A program made the position numbers and the translations under genes. A stretch of DNA of 64,000 nucleotides from Bacteroidota bacterium (GTDB lineage: Bacteria; Bacteroidota; Bacteroidia; Chitinophagales; JADIYW01), in assembly GCA_039797705.1 (NCBI GenBank), contig JBDKHK010000014.1, positions 10,758-74,757 on the forward strand. The letters are read 5' to 3'. Below are positions 8,922-17,749 of this stretch, in pieces. Each line of letters opens with the position of its first letter. The first letter of the stretch is position 1. Below the pieces are notes generated by a model. It had not been told where the DNA came from. It saw only the letters and a program-made list of their open reading frames with translations, and did not search any database.

Positions 8922-8928
8922 ATAAGAG

Positions 8929-9150
8929 ATGTACAAAATAATAGACATAGACCGCAATAATCTTACGCTTATGGGCGTTCAGTTTTCGGACCTTAAAACG
9001 TTGGAAAATACCGCAAATGCTATTGGAACAAATATGTTTGAAGGCTTTGAACCAACAAAAGAATTAATACAGTTGTATGTAGATTGGAAATCAAATATGG
9101 TTTCTGAAAAAGACTTCTTGGCTAAGCTATATGCCATTTATGAAAAATAG
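8929..9150 (+). CDS. VbhA-type antitoxin of a Fic toxin
   Basis: 73 aa. TNMFEGFEP matches the [S/T]xxxE[G/N] inhibitory motif and parallels SQRLEGLEP of VbhA. Its stop overlaps the start of the downstream Fic ORF. Confidence 0.8.
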   Translation: MYKIIDIDRNNLTLMGVQFSDLKTLENTANAIGTNMFEGFEPTKELIQLYVDWKSNMVSEKDFLAKLYAIYEK

Positions 9151-9730
9151 CTATCAGTATATAGATCCTGATTACAAATACACTGATAAAAATGGTGTCT
9201 TATATAATTTGGTAAACATAGGAGATGAAAAAATACTGTTAGCTTATGAGAGCTTAAAAGTATCCAAAAGAGTGGAGGAATTATTTGAAAACCCAATCAA
9301 AATTAAAAATTCTAATTCATTGCTTACCATTCATCACTATTTGTTTCAAGATGTATATGAATGGGCAGGTAAAGTTAGAACTGTAAATATCAGCAAAAAC
9401 GGAAAGCCTTTTTTTAGAGGAGAACGATTTAATATTGCTTTTCAATAAATAGATAATCTTCTTGCAGAATACAAGACCATTCGCAAAACTAATAAACAGG
9501 AACTGGCACAAAAGTTAGCTGAAATTTTAGATAATGTAAATTTTTTACATCCATTTCGGGAAGGCAATGGACGAACACAACGAGAATTTATGCGTTTGCT
9601 TGCTTTAGAAAAAGGACTGACACTCAATCTAACTCCGCCTGATAATGCGGACATTTATGAACGTTATATGCAGGGAACAATAAACAGCGATGTGAAAATG
9701 CTTACAAAACTAATTTTTGAACTAATTAGC
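9131..9730 (+). pseudogene. Fic-domain (VbhT-like) toxin interrupted by an in-frame TAA
   Basis: A single frame encodes YQYIDPDYKYTDKNGVLYNL...FQ, then TAA at 9446-9448, then IDNLLAEYK...FLHPFREGNGRTQREF. The Fic motif HPFxxGNGRxxR is at 9548-9583, and the frame closes at 9728-9730. Confidence 0.8.
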
Positions 9731-9875
9731 GAATGAAAAGATAATGTTTGATTTCCTGCCCGATTTGGCGTTCTTCATCAAAGCCTTGTCTTATTCCAAA
9801 TACGATGAGAAATTCTTAAATTTTATTTTCTACTTTATTTCCTATTGAATAAATATTAAATACTAAGTAAATCAT

Positions 9876-9883
9876 TACTTTTG
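9876..9883 (+). promoter_or_regulatory. -7 box TACTTTTG, 4 nt before nadC ATG
   Basis: TACTTTTG-cttt-ATG. Confidence 0.5.
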
Positions 9884-9887
9884 CTTT

Positions 9888-10739
9888 ATGTTTAATCAGG
9901 AAGAACTCGATTTATTTATTACAAATGCTTTGCACGAAGATGTTCGTGAAGGAGACCATTCTTCTTTAGCTTCTATCGATAAAAATACTCAGGGGAAAGC
10001 TCGTTTATTAGTGAAAGACTCCGGCATTTTGTGCGGTTTGGAGATAGCAAAAGCTATTTTCCAAAAAGTAGATAGCAATCTTAGAATGGAAATACATATT
10101 ACTGAAGGCAGTGCAATTCAATACGGTGATATTGCCTTTCATGTGTTTGGTAGTGCTATTTCTATTTTAACTGCCGAGCGTTTGGTACTAAATTGTATGC
10201 AGCGCATGAGTGGTATTGCTACTAAAACCAACGAATATGTGCAGGCTATTTCGGGTACGCATACAAAAGTAATTGACACTAGAAAGACAACTCCTAATTT
10301 GCGTTTTTTGGAGAAATATGCCGTGACAGTTGGCGGCGGATATAATCATCGTTTTGGTTTATACGATATGATTATGTTGAAAGATAATCATATTGATTTT
10401 TGTGGCGGTATTACGAAAGCGGTACAAAAGGTTTTGGAATATCTGAAAGTAAATAATTTGGATTTGCGTATTGAAGTGGAAACTCGAAATATAGAAAATG
10501 TGAGAGAGGTTTTGAAATGTGGTGGCATACATAGAATTATGCTGGATAATTTCACTCCCGAAAAAGTTAAAGAAGCAGTCGATTTGATTAATGGAAAATA
10601 CGAAACGGAAGCCAGCGGAGGTATTACTTTAGAAACGATACGACCGTATGCGGAAGCAGGAGTGGACTTTATTTCTGTCGGCGCAATCACCCATTCCGTC
10701 AGAAGTTTAGATTTAAGTTTAAAGGCAGAGATAGGATAA
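9888..10739 (+). CDS. nadC: Nicotinate-nucleotide diphosphorylase (carboxylating)
   Basis: TAERLVLNCMQRMSGIAT, DTRKTTPNLR, MLKDNHI and ASGGITLE are QPRTase motifs. Confidence 0.93.
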   Translation: MFNQEELDLFITNALHEDVREGDHSSLASIDKNTQGKARLLVKDSGILCGLEIAKAIFQKVDSNLRMEIHITEGSAIQYGDIAFHVFGSAISILTAERLVLNCMQRMSGIATKTNEYVQAISGTHTKVIDTRKTTPNLRFLEKYAVTVGGGYNHRFGLYDMIMLKDNHIDFCGGITKAVQKVLEYLKVNNLDLRIEVETRNIENVREVLKCGGIHRIMLDNFTPEKVKEAVDLINGKYETEASGGITLETIRPYAEAGVDFISVGAITHSVRSLDLSLKAEIG

Positions 10740-10764
10740 TTTATTCAATTGAAAAATAATTGCT

Positions 10765-11664
10765 TTGAAGAAGAAAGTACGTTTTATTGTTAACCCGAAA
10801 TCAGGCGGCGCATTTGGAGCAAAATTCTCCGAAAGATTAGTAAAGCAGCATTTGGATTTATCGAAATTTGATTACGATATTTTTGTAACAAAATACGCCG
10901 GTCATGCTATCAAAATTGCGCAACAATCCTTGATAGAGAAAATAGATATTATTGCTGTTGCCGGTGGAGATGGTACACAAAATGAAGTAGGACAAGTGTT
11001 ATTGGATAAACCTATTATTATGGCAAGTATCCCAACGGGTTCGGGGAATGCCAATGCACGCAAATTGAAAATTCCAATTAATGTAGCTCAGTCTATTCAA
11101 TTAATTAATACAGGGAAACCGTTTAAAATTGATGCTTTAGTTTTGAACGGACAGCCTTTTTTTATGACAGCAGGAATAGGATATGATGCAAAAGTGATAG
11201 AGCAATTTGATAAAATACCTTTTAGAGGAGTGAGTGCCTATTTAACGGGTGTGTTGTCCACCGTGTTTACCTATAAACTTCCTCATTTTACTATTGAAAT
11301 TGATGAGGAGAGAACCATAGAAACAGAAGCATTTGCAGTACTGGTTACCAGCACAGGACAAGTAGGATACAATATAGAATTTACTAAAAATAGTATTCTA
11401 AATGATGGCAAATTTGAAATCACCATTATAAAAAATTTTGACCGAACTAAAGTACCCTCCTTAGTGTATGAAGCTTTTTTTGGAGATATAGCCAGTCAAG
11501 AAATATTAGAAACACATCAAGTAAATAAAATACTAAAAATAAGAGCTAATACAATTGAGAGCATCCAAATGGATGGTGATTATAAAGGAAAAACAAATTA
11601 TATAGAAGTTCTCTGTAAAAAACAAGCATTGAACTTTTTGGTAGATAAAGATTTTGATATTTAA
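10765..11664 (+). CDS. Diacylglycerol/lipid kinase family protein (YegS/BmrU-like)
   Basis: RFIVNPKSGG and VAGGDGTQNEV form the DAGK catalytic-domain signature. The start is TTG. Confidence 0.8.
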   Translation: MKKKVRFIVNPKSGGAFGAKFSERLVKQHLDLSKFDYDIFVTKYAGHAIKIAQQSLIEKIDIIAVAGGDGTQNEVGQVLLDKPIIMASIPTGSGNANARKLKIPINVAQSIQLINTGKPFKIDALVLNGQPFFMTAGIGYDAKVIEQFDKIPFRGVSAYLTGVLSTVFTYKLPHFTIEIDEERTIETEAFAVLVTSTGQVGYNIEFTKNSILNDGKFEITIIKNFDRTKVPSLVYEAFFGDIASQEILETHQVNKILKIRANTIESIQMDGDYKGKTNYIEVLCKKQALNFLVDKDFDI

Positions 11665-11809
11665 TTATGAGCAATGAATGATAACAAATACTATCATCGC
11701 AAGGTATGAAGCAATATATTCAATCAAAGACAAACTGTAAAGATTCATCGTTTGCTTCATCTCCCATAATAACAATTAACCAATAACAAATAACCAATAA
11801 TATTCTCTC

Positions 11810-12151
11810 ATGAACGAAGATTGGAAAAAAAAATTAGGCAACGTTACCGTATATTCCACCAATCCTGATTTTAAATTTGAATCGGAAGAAGAAGAAATTG
11901 AAACATTGCCAAATGATAAGCAACTACTGATAGTTTCCATTGATAAAAAACAACGCAAAGGAAAAACAGTAACCTTGATTGAAGGCTTTGTGGGAAAAAC
12001 AAACGATTTAGAACATTTAGCAAAAATGCTTAAAACCAAATGTGGTGTTGGTGGTTCTGCCAAAGAGAATGAAATTGTAATTCAAGGTGATTTTAAACAA
12101 AAAATAAAAGAACTATTAGAAAAAGAAAATTATAAAGTAAAATTCCGATAG
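11810..12151 (+). CDS. SUI1/YciH family translation initiation factor
   Basis: KKQRKGKTVTLIEGF...LAKMLKTKCGVGGSAKENEIVIQGD is typical of the eIF1/SUI1 fold family. Confidence 0.85.
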   Translation: MNEDWKKKLGNVTVYSTNPDFKFESEEEEIETLPNDKQLLIVSIDKKQRKGKTVTLIEGFVGKTNDLEHLAKMLKTKCGVGGSAKENEIVIQGDFKQKIKELLEKENYKVKFR

Positions 12152-12160
12152 TTTAGTTGT

Positions 12161-12661
12161 ATGGAATTAGAACAAGAAATTGCCGAATTAAAACCAAGAG
12201 CACTCCAACAAAATAAAGTGCATCAAAAATTAATACAGCAATTGAAAAAACTAAAACCGTATGATGTGGATGAACTTTTTCACACACAACATGAACTTGT
12301 TTTTGAAGAAATAGATTGCTTACAATGCGCCAATTGCTGCAAAACTACTCCTGCTTTGGTGGATAATGAGGATGTAAATAGAATTTCCAAACATCTCCGT
12401 ATCTCTCCGAAAGAGTTTGTAACAAAACACGTTACCAAAGATGCTGATGGAGATACTGTTTTAAATCGCACTCCTTGCACTTTTTTAGGAGCAGATAATA
12501 AATGTACGATTTATGAAGTACACCCATTTGCTTGTAAAGATTATCCTCACACGAATAGAAAGAAAATGCAACAATTATTACCGCTAACGGTACACAACGC
12601 TCGTATTTGTCCAGCGGTTTCCCGTATTTTAGATAATATTTCGGAAGCTTTAGCAGAATAA
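12161..12661 (+). CDS. YkgJ-family cysteine-cluster (CxxCxxCC) protein
   Basis: CLQCANCCKT followed by later CTF...C and ACKDYP cysteines. Confidence 0.7.
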   Translation: MELEQEIAELKPRALQQNKVHQKLIQQLKKLKPYDVDELFHTQHELVFEEIDCLQCANCCKTTPALVDNEDVNRISKHLRISPKEFVTKHVTKDADGDTVLNRTPCTFLGADNKCTIYEVHPFACKDYPHTNRKKMQQLLPLTVHNARICPAVSRILDNISEALAE

Positions 12662-12778
12662 ATAGTTGAAAATGTTTCTAATATTATTTTAATATTGTAA
12701 TTGAATAAATGTAATGCATTGAATTACAATTAAATTAGCTTTAATTGGTAGATTTGTAAGAATAGCAGTATAAAATGC

Positions 12779-12786
12779 TATTTTTG
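12779..12786 (+). promoter_or_regulatory. -7 box TATTTTTG upstream of trpG
   Basis: TATTTTTG lies 23 nt before the trpG ATG. It overlaps the T-run of a small hairpin (atagca/tgctat). Confidence 0.4.
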
Positions 12787-12809
12787 ATTTTCAATTACTG
12801 GATAAATAA

Positions 12810-13403
12810 ATGGATAAAAGCAATACAACAGAAAATAAGAATAACAACGTTTTAGTGTTGGATAATTACGATTCTTTCACGTATAATTTAGTGCATTATA
12901 TCGAGTCTTTTAATATTTCTTGCGATGTATTTCGCAATGATAAAATTTCATTGGAAGATGTAAATCAATACCACAAAATTCTTTTGTCACCCGGGCCAGG
13001 AATACCCGAAGAAGCTGGTATTTTAATAGATTTGATAAAGCAATATGCACCGACAAAATCTATTTTGGGTGTATGCTTAGGACATCAAGCCATCGGTCAA
13101 GTATTTGGTGCCGAGTTATATAATGTTGGTCAAGTTATTCATGGAAAAACAAAAAATACCAAAGTGATAGCAGACGATATTTTGTTTGATGGAGTAGAAA
13201 AAGAATTTATGAGTGGTCGCTATCATTCTTGGGCTATAAAAAATATAAAACAGCCTTTACTTGTTACCGCCATAGACGATGATGGAATAGTGCAAGCCAT
13301 CAAGCACGAAACCTATAATGTTCGTGGTGTGCAGTTTCATCCAGAAAGTGTAATGACACCAGTGGGAATTAAATTGATTGAAAATTGGTTGCTCAAATGT
13401 TAA
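12810..13403 (+). CDS. trpG: Anthranilate synthase component II (glutamine amidotransferase)
   Basis: LSPGPG, GVCLGHQAIG and GVQFHPES form the class I GATase triad context. It sits directly upstream of trpD. Confidence 0.88.
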   Translation: MDKSNTTENKNNNVLVLDNYDSFTYNLVHYIESFNISCDVFRNDKISLEDVNQYHKILLSPGPGIPEEAGILIDLIKQYAPTKSILGVCLGHQAIGQVFGAELYNVGQVIHGKTKNTKVIADDILFDGVEKEFMSGRYHSWAIKNIKQPLLVTAIDDDGIVQAIKHETYNVRGVQFHPESVMTPVGIKLIENWLLKC

Positions 13404-13451
13404 ATCTTCCAGTATTTTAAAATCCTTTGATTTAGTATAATTATAGATAAA

Positions 13452-14441
13452 ATGAAAGCATTATTGCAATATTTATTTTCGGGAAAACCTTTGTCAGAAG
13501 AGCAAGCATATATTGCTTTGAAAGATATTGCAATGGGCAATCAAAACGATGTACAAGTAGCTGCTTTTTTATCTGTGTATAATATGCGAACGCCCACCAC
13601 CATAGAATTAATTGGTTTTAGAAATGCAATGTTGGAGTTGGCGATTCCTATAAAATTAAAATATAAAAATACCTTAGATATAGTAGGGACGGGTGGTGAT
13701 GGAAAAAATACATTTAATATTTCTACTACGGCAAGTTTTATTTGTGCAGGCGCAGGTGCAAAAGTAACCAAGAGCGGCAATTATGGATTTACCTCCGTTT
13801 CCGGTGCTTCTAACATGTTTGAGTATTTAAAAATTCCATTTGCCAATACTGTGAAAAAAGTAGAAGACCAATTGCATGAAAGTAATATCTCTTTTTTACA
13901 TGCTCCCTTGTTTCATCCGGCAGTAAAAAACGTAGCGCATGTTCGCAAAGATTTACAAGTAAAAACTATTTTTAATTTATTAGGCCCCATTGTAAATTCT
14001 TCACAGCCTAAAACAGTAATTATTGGAGTGCACAGTGAGTTTGTGGGAAAATTGTATAGAGAAGTACTTAAAACAACAGACGTGAATTTCATGGTAGTAC
14101 ATGCAGTAGATGGATATGATGAAATATCATTAACAGGAGATACTAAATTTTATGCACGAAAAAATATACAGTTGCATGAACCCAAGAGTTTTGGATTTAA
14201 ACAAATAGAACCAAAGGATATTATTGGAGGAGATTCTGTAGAAGCCAATGCAAAAATTTTATTGAATATATTAAAAGGAAAAGGAACAGAAGCACAAAAT
14301 AATGTAGTGCTGGCAAATGCAGCATTGGCAATTTCATTATACGATAAAATACCTTATCCAGAAGCTATAGAAAAAGTAAAAGACAGCCTGTACAGTGGCA
14401 AGGCTTTAGCTTGTTTAAACGCATTACAAAACATTCAATAA
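13452..14441 (+). CDS. trpD: Anthranilate phosphoribosyltransferase
   Basis: DIVGTGGDGKNTFNISTTASF and KSGN....S.SG.S are TrpD motifs. Confidence 0.93.
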   Translation: MKALLQYLFSGKPLSEEQAYIALKDIAMGNQNDVQVAAFLSVYNMRTPTTIELIGFRNAMLELAIPIKLKYKNTLDIVGTGGDGKNTFNISTTASFICAGAGAKVTKSGNYGFTSVSGASNMFEYLKIPFANTVKKVEDQLHESNISFLHAPLFHPAVKNVAHVRKDLQVKTIFNLLGPIVNSSQPKTVIIGVHSEFVGKLYREVLKTTDVNFMVVHAVDGYDEISLTGDTKFYARKNIQLHEPKSFGFKQIEPKDIIGGDSVEANAKILLNILKGKGTEAQNNVVLANAALAISLYDKIPYPEAIEKVKDSLYSGKALACLNALQNIQ

Positions 14442-14445
14442 AAAT

Positions 14446-15225
14446 ATGAATATCCTTGATACCATCGTTGCAAGAAAGAAAATTGAAATTGCACAAGCCA
14501 AAGAAAATATTAGTATTCAGCAATTAGAACAATGTAATTTTTTTAATCGTTCGACTGTTTCTTTATCTCAAAATATTTTAAAAGAAAATAGTACCGGAAT
14601 TATTGCAGAGTTTAAAAGAAAATCTCCTTCCAAAGGAATAATCAATGATAAGGCATACGCAGTGGAAGTAGTAAAAGATTACGAGCAGGCGGGCGTTTCG
14701 GGTAGTTCGGTTTTGACAGATACCGATTTTTTTGGTGGCAGTAAAGAGGATTTACAAAATGTTAGAAAAGAAGTGTCTTTGCCTTTGCTGCGCAAAGATT
14801 TTATGATAGATGAATATCAATTTATTGAAGCTAAAAATTGGGGTGCGGATGTTATTTTGTTGATAGCTTCTATTTTGACACCACAGCAAGTAAAATCGTT
14901 TACCGATTTAGCAAAAAGCCTGCATTTAGAAGTATTGTTAGAATTGCACGGAGAAAATGAATTAAACCACGTTTATCATAAAGTAGATATGGTGGGTGTA
15001 AATAATAGGAATTTAAAAACATTTGAAGTAGATATTGAACAGTCTATTCGCATGGCAAATAAATTAGGCAATGATTTTGTGAAAATTGCAGAAAGCGGCA
15101 TTTCCAATATTTCTACATTAAAACATTTTAAGCAAAATGGATTTCAAGGATTTTTAATAGGCGAAAATTTTATGAAAACGGACCATCCCGGCAAAGCCTG
15201 TAAGGATTTTATTGCACAATTATAA
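14446..15225 (+). CDS. trpC: Indole-3-glycerol phosphate synthase
   Basis: IIAEFKRKSPSKG, LRKDFMIDEYQ, GVNNRNLKTF and ESGI are TrpC motifs. Confidence 0.93.
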   Translation: MNILDTIVARKKIEIAQAKENISIQQLEQCNFFNRSTVSLSQNILKENSTGIIAEFKRKSPSKGIINDKAYAVEVVKDYEQAGVSGSSVLTDTDFFGGSKEDLQNVRKEVSLPLLRKDFMIDEYQFIEAKNWGADVILLIASILTPQQVKSFTDLAKSLHLEVLLELHGENELNHVYHKVDMVGVNNRNLKTFEVDIEQSIRMANKLGNDFVKIAESGISNISTLKHFKQNGFQGFLIGENFMKTDHPGKACKDFIAQL

Positions 15226-15261
15226 CCCTGTTTTTGTTTTGCTATATTGAAAAATAAATAA

Positions 15262-15285
15262 AAAAAGCCGGACCGAAGTCCGACC
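15262..15285 (-). terminator. Rho-independent terminator after htrA
   Basis: The minus strand reads gtcggac-TTCG-gtccggc followed by ttttttt. It lies about 30 nt after the htrA stop, between convergent genes. Confidence 0.7.
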
Positions 15286-15314
15286 AAGAAAAATGAAACC
15301 AACATTACTTATGC

Positions 15315-16805
15315 TTAATAACCAAAAGCATAATATTTAACGCCATTTTGATCTGGATATTTTCCTTGCATCAAAATTCCGTTTCCTTTATTGTCATTAA
15401 TTACATCTTCTAAATCTCCTTTTTTAGTAAGAGGTTTATTGTTGACGCCAGTAATAATAAATCCTTCTTGCATATTTGTATTTTGTTTGATAATTCCATC
15501 GCTAATTTTTGTTACGCGCAATCCACCGCTAATGCCTAATTTTTTTGCTTCTAAGTTGCTAATTTCACTCACCGAAATTCCTAAATTTTCTAATATATTT
15601 CCAGTTTTAGGAGCATCATTTTTTGAGAGCAAACTTGTTTTATTTTCTTGAGAACGAAGGATGACTTCTTTTTCTAAAGTTTTTCCATTTCTGAATATAG
15701 TAATTTTCACTTTATCTCCCGGACGATAGCGTGCAACGTGTTCTTGCAAATCTGCCGAGTTTTTTATATCATTACTCCCGACTTTTAGAATAACATCTTC
15801 TCGTTTTATGCCCGCTTCTTCTGCAGCACTTCCTTTGTTTACTTCAGCAATATAAGCACCTTGTATTTTATCTAATTTTAAATCTTTTGCAATATCATCG
15901 TCAATTTCTCTAATATTAACCCCTAAAAATCCTCGTTGTACTATTCCAAAATCTATAATGTCTTTCACCACTTTGTTGGCAAGATTAGATGGAATGGCAA
16001 ACGAATATCCGGCATAAGAACCAGTAGGCGTTGCAATGGCGGAATTGATACCGATAAGGCTTCCGTTTAAATCCACTAAAGCACCACCACTATTACCTGG
16101 ATTTACGGCAGCATCCGTTTGAATGAAAGATTCAATCGCTAAGTTTCCGGCCTTTTCACGAAGTATATTGATGTTTCTAGTTTTAGCCGAAACGATACCT
16201 GCTGTAACGGTAGAGGCTAAATTAAATGGATTTCCAACCGCCAACACCCACTGACCTACTTGCACATTATCAGAATTTCCAAATGCAAGATATTGTAAAT
16301 CTTTACTATCAATTTTCACCACCGCCAAATCCGTGCTTGGGTCTGTTCCTATAAGTTTTGCTTTATATTCGCGATTGTCATTTAGACTTACTTTTATTTC
16401 ATCCGCACCTTCTACTACGTGATTATTTGTAACAATATAACCATCATTGCTGATAATAACACCTGAGCCAGAAGCCTCTTGATTGCCTTGATTGGGTGCA
16501 TCAAAAGGAGAATTTCCATTAGGATCTCCAAAGAAATAATAAAATGGATTCATTTGTTGCATTTGTCGTTTGTCCATTTTCTTTGCTTTTATAATGGTAT
16601 TGATGTGCACCACCGCTGGCGTACTCATTTGAGCAGCTTGAACAAAAGCATCATTTGAAAAATTACCATTATAACTTGCTAATTTTACGGGCGTATTATT
16701 TTCATTAATAATAGTGGTGTGCTCACGATTAAAATAAGTCGTAAATACAACTGCCGATAAGGCACTAATAATTCCGATGATAAAGTATCCAATTATTTTC
16801 TTCAT
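15315..16805 (-). CDS. htrA: HtrA/DegQ-family periplasmic serine protease with two PDZ domains
   Basis: TNNHVV, DLAVVKI and GNSGGAL form the catalytic His/Asp/Ser context. There is an N-terminal membrane anchor and a C-terminal PDZ-like region. Confidence 0.92.
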   Translation of the reverse strand: MKKIIGYFIIGIISALSAVVFTTYFNREHTTIINENNTPVKLASYNGNFSNDAFVQAAQMSTPAVVHINTIIKAKKMDKRQMQQMNPFYYFFGDPNGNSPFDAPNQGNQEASGSGVIISNDGYIVTNNHVVEGADEIKVSLNDNREYKAKLIGTDPSTDLAVVKIDSKDLQYLAFGNSDNVQVGQWVLAVGNPFNLASTVTAGIVSAKTRNINILREKAGNLAIESFIQTDAAVNPGNSGGALVDLNGSLIGINSAIATPTGSYAGYSFAIPSNLANKVVKDIIDFGIVQRGFLGVNIREIDDDIAKDLKLDKIQGAYIAEVNKGSAAEEAGIKREDVILKVGSNDIKNSADLQEHVARYRPGDKVKITIFRNGKTLEKEVILRSQENKTSLLSKNDAPKTGNILENLGISVSEISNLEAKKLGISGGLRVTKISDGIIKQNTNMQEGFIITGVNNKPLTKKGDLEDVINDNKGNGILMQGKYPDQNGVKYYAFGY

Positions 16806-16838
16806 AATTTTTTATTTATTAGACGATATTATCAACAA

Positions 16839-16846
16839 CAAATTTA
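16839..16846 (-). promoter_or_regulatory. -7 box TAAATTTG upstream of htrA
   Basis: The minus strand reads TAAATTTG 33 nt before the htrA ATG. Confidence 0.4.
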
Positions 16847-16920
16847 TGGTGAAATGTATTTTTGAAATGGGTTAAAAAAAGTTAACTATCTATTCTCATA
16901 ATTATATTAAATGAATGTAC

Positions 16921-16928
16921 TATTTTTG
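16921..16928 (+). promoter_or_regulatory. -7 box TATTTTTG, 4 nt before dapF ATG
   Basis: TATTTTTG-atat-ATG. Confidence 0.5.
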
Positions 16929-16932
16929 ATAT

Positions 16933-17721
16933 ATGCAATTAGACTTTTTTAAATATCAAGGAACGGGAAATGATTTTATAATCATCAATAACCGCAAAAT
17001 GCTTTTTCCAAAAAATGACGATGAATTAGTTCGTCGTTTGTGCGACAGGAAATTTGGAATCGGCGCAGATGGATTAATGTTGTTGGAAGAAGAAACAGGA
17101 TATGATTTTGAAATGGTGTATTATAATTCTGATGGGAGAGAAGGCACAATGTGTGGTAATGGCGGAAGATGCATTAGTGCTTTTGCACATCATTTGGGAA
17201 TTGGGAATAATAAAGGAAAATTTATTGCAGTAGATGGCGAACATCATTATGAAATAAATAATGATATAGTGCGATTAAATATGATAGAGGTTTCTGCAAT
17301 AAAAAAAGATGCAGATGCAGCAGATGGAAATTATATTTTGTTTACAGGCTCACCGCATTATGTAAGTTTCCGTTCAGAAATAGATAAAATAAATGTTGTT
17401 TCAGAAGCGCATAAAATTAGGTATAATGATATTTTTGCAAAAGAAGGCATCAATGTCAATTTTGTAGAAACAAATACTGGAAAAGTGAAAATGCGCACGT
17501 ATGAAAGAGGCGTTGAAGATGAAACGCTTTCTTGCGGAACAGGCACTGTAGCCGTTGCTTTGTGTTTTGCTCATCAACATAATTTAGAAAAAGGAAAAAT
17601 AGAAATACAAACTCCCGGTGGAGAATTATCGGTATCTTTTCAAAATAAAGACGGCATATATACAGATATTTGGTTAGAAGGCCCGGCAAAATTAGTGTTT
17701 ACCGGCAAAATAGATATTTAA
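16933..17721 (+). CDS. dapF: Diaminopimelate epimerase
   Basis: GTGNDFII, NSDGREGTMCGNGGRC and ETLSCGTG carry the two catalytic Cys motifs. Confidence 0.93.
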   Translation: MQLDFFKYQGTGNDFIIINNRKMLFPKNDDELVRRLCDRKFGIGADGLMLLEEETGYDFEMVYYNSDGREGTMCGNGGRCISAFAHHLGIGNNKGKFIAVDGEHHYEINNDIVRLNMIEVSAIKKDADAADGNYILFTGSPHYVSFRSEIDKINVVSEAHKIRYNDIFAKEGINVNFVETNTGKVKMRTYERGVEDETLSCGTGTVAVALCFAHQHNLEKGKIEIQTPGGELSVSFQNKDGIYTDIWLEGPAKLVFTGKIDI

Positions 17722-17749
17722 TAAATAATGAATATCAATAGATAGATAA

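Noticed and set aside
11707-11760. 9-bp inverted repeat atgaagcaa...ttgcttcat with a 36-nt loop after the lipid kinase gene.
   Set aside because: It has a large loop and no T-run. It may be a weak structure, but it is not convincing as a terminator or an RNA element.
12662-12809. Possible trp attenuator: a hairpin (atagca/tgctat) with a T-run 20 nt before trpG.
   Set aside because: There is no leader peptide with tandem Trp codons and no alternative antiterminator pairing that I could find. The T-run doubles as a TATTTTTG -7 box, so a promoter reading is simpler.
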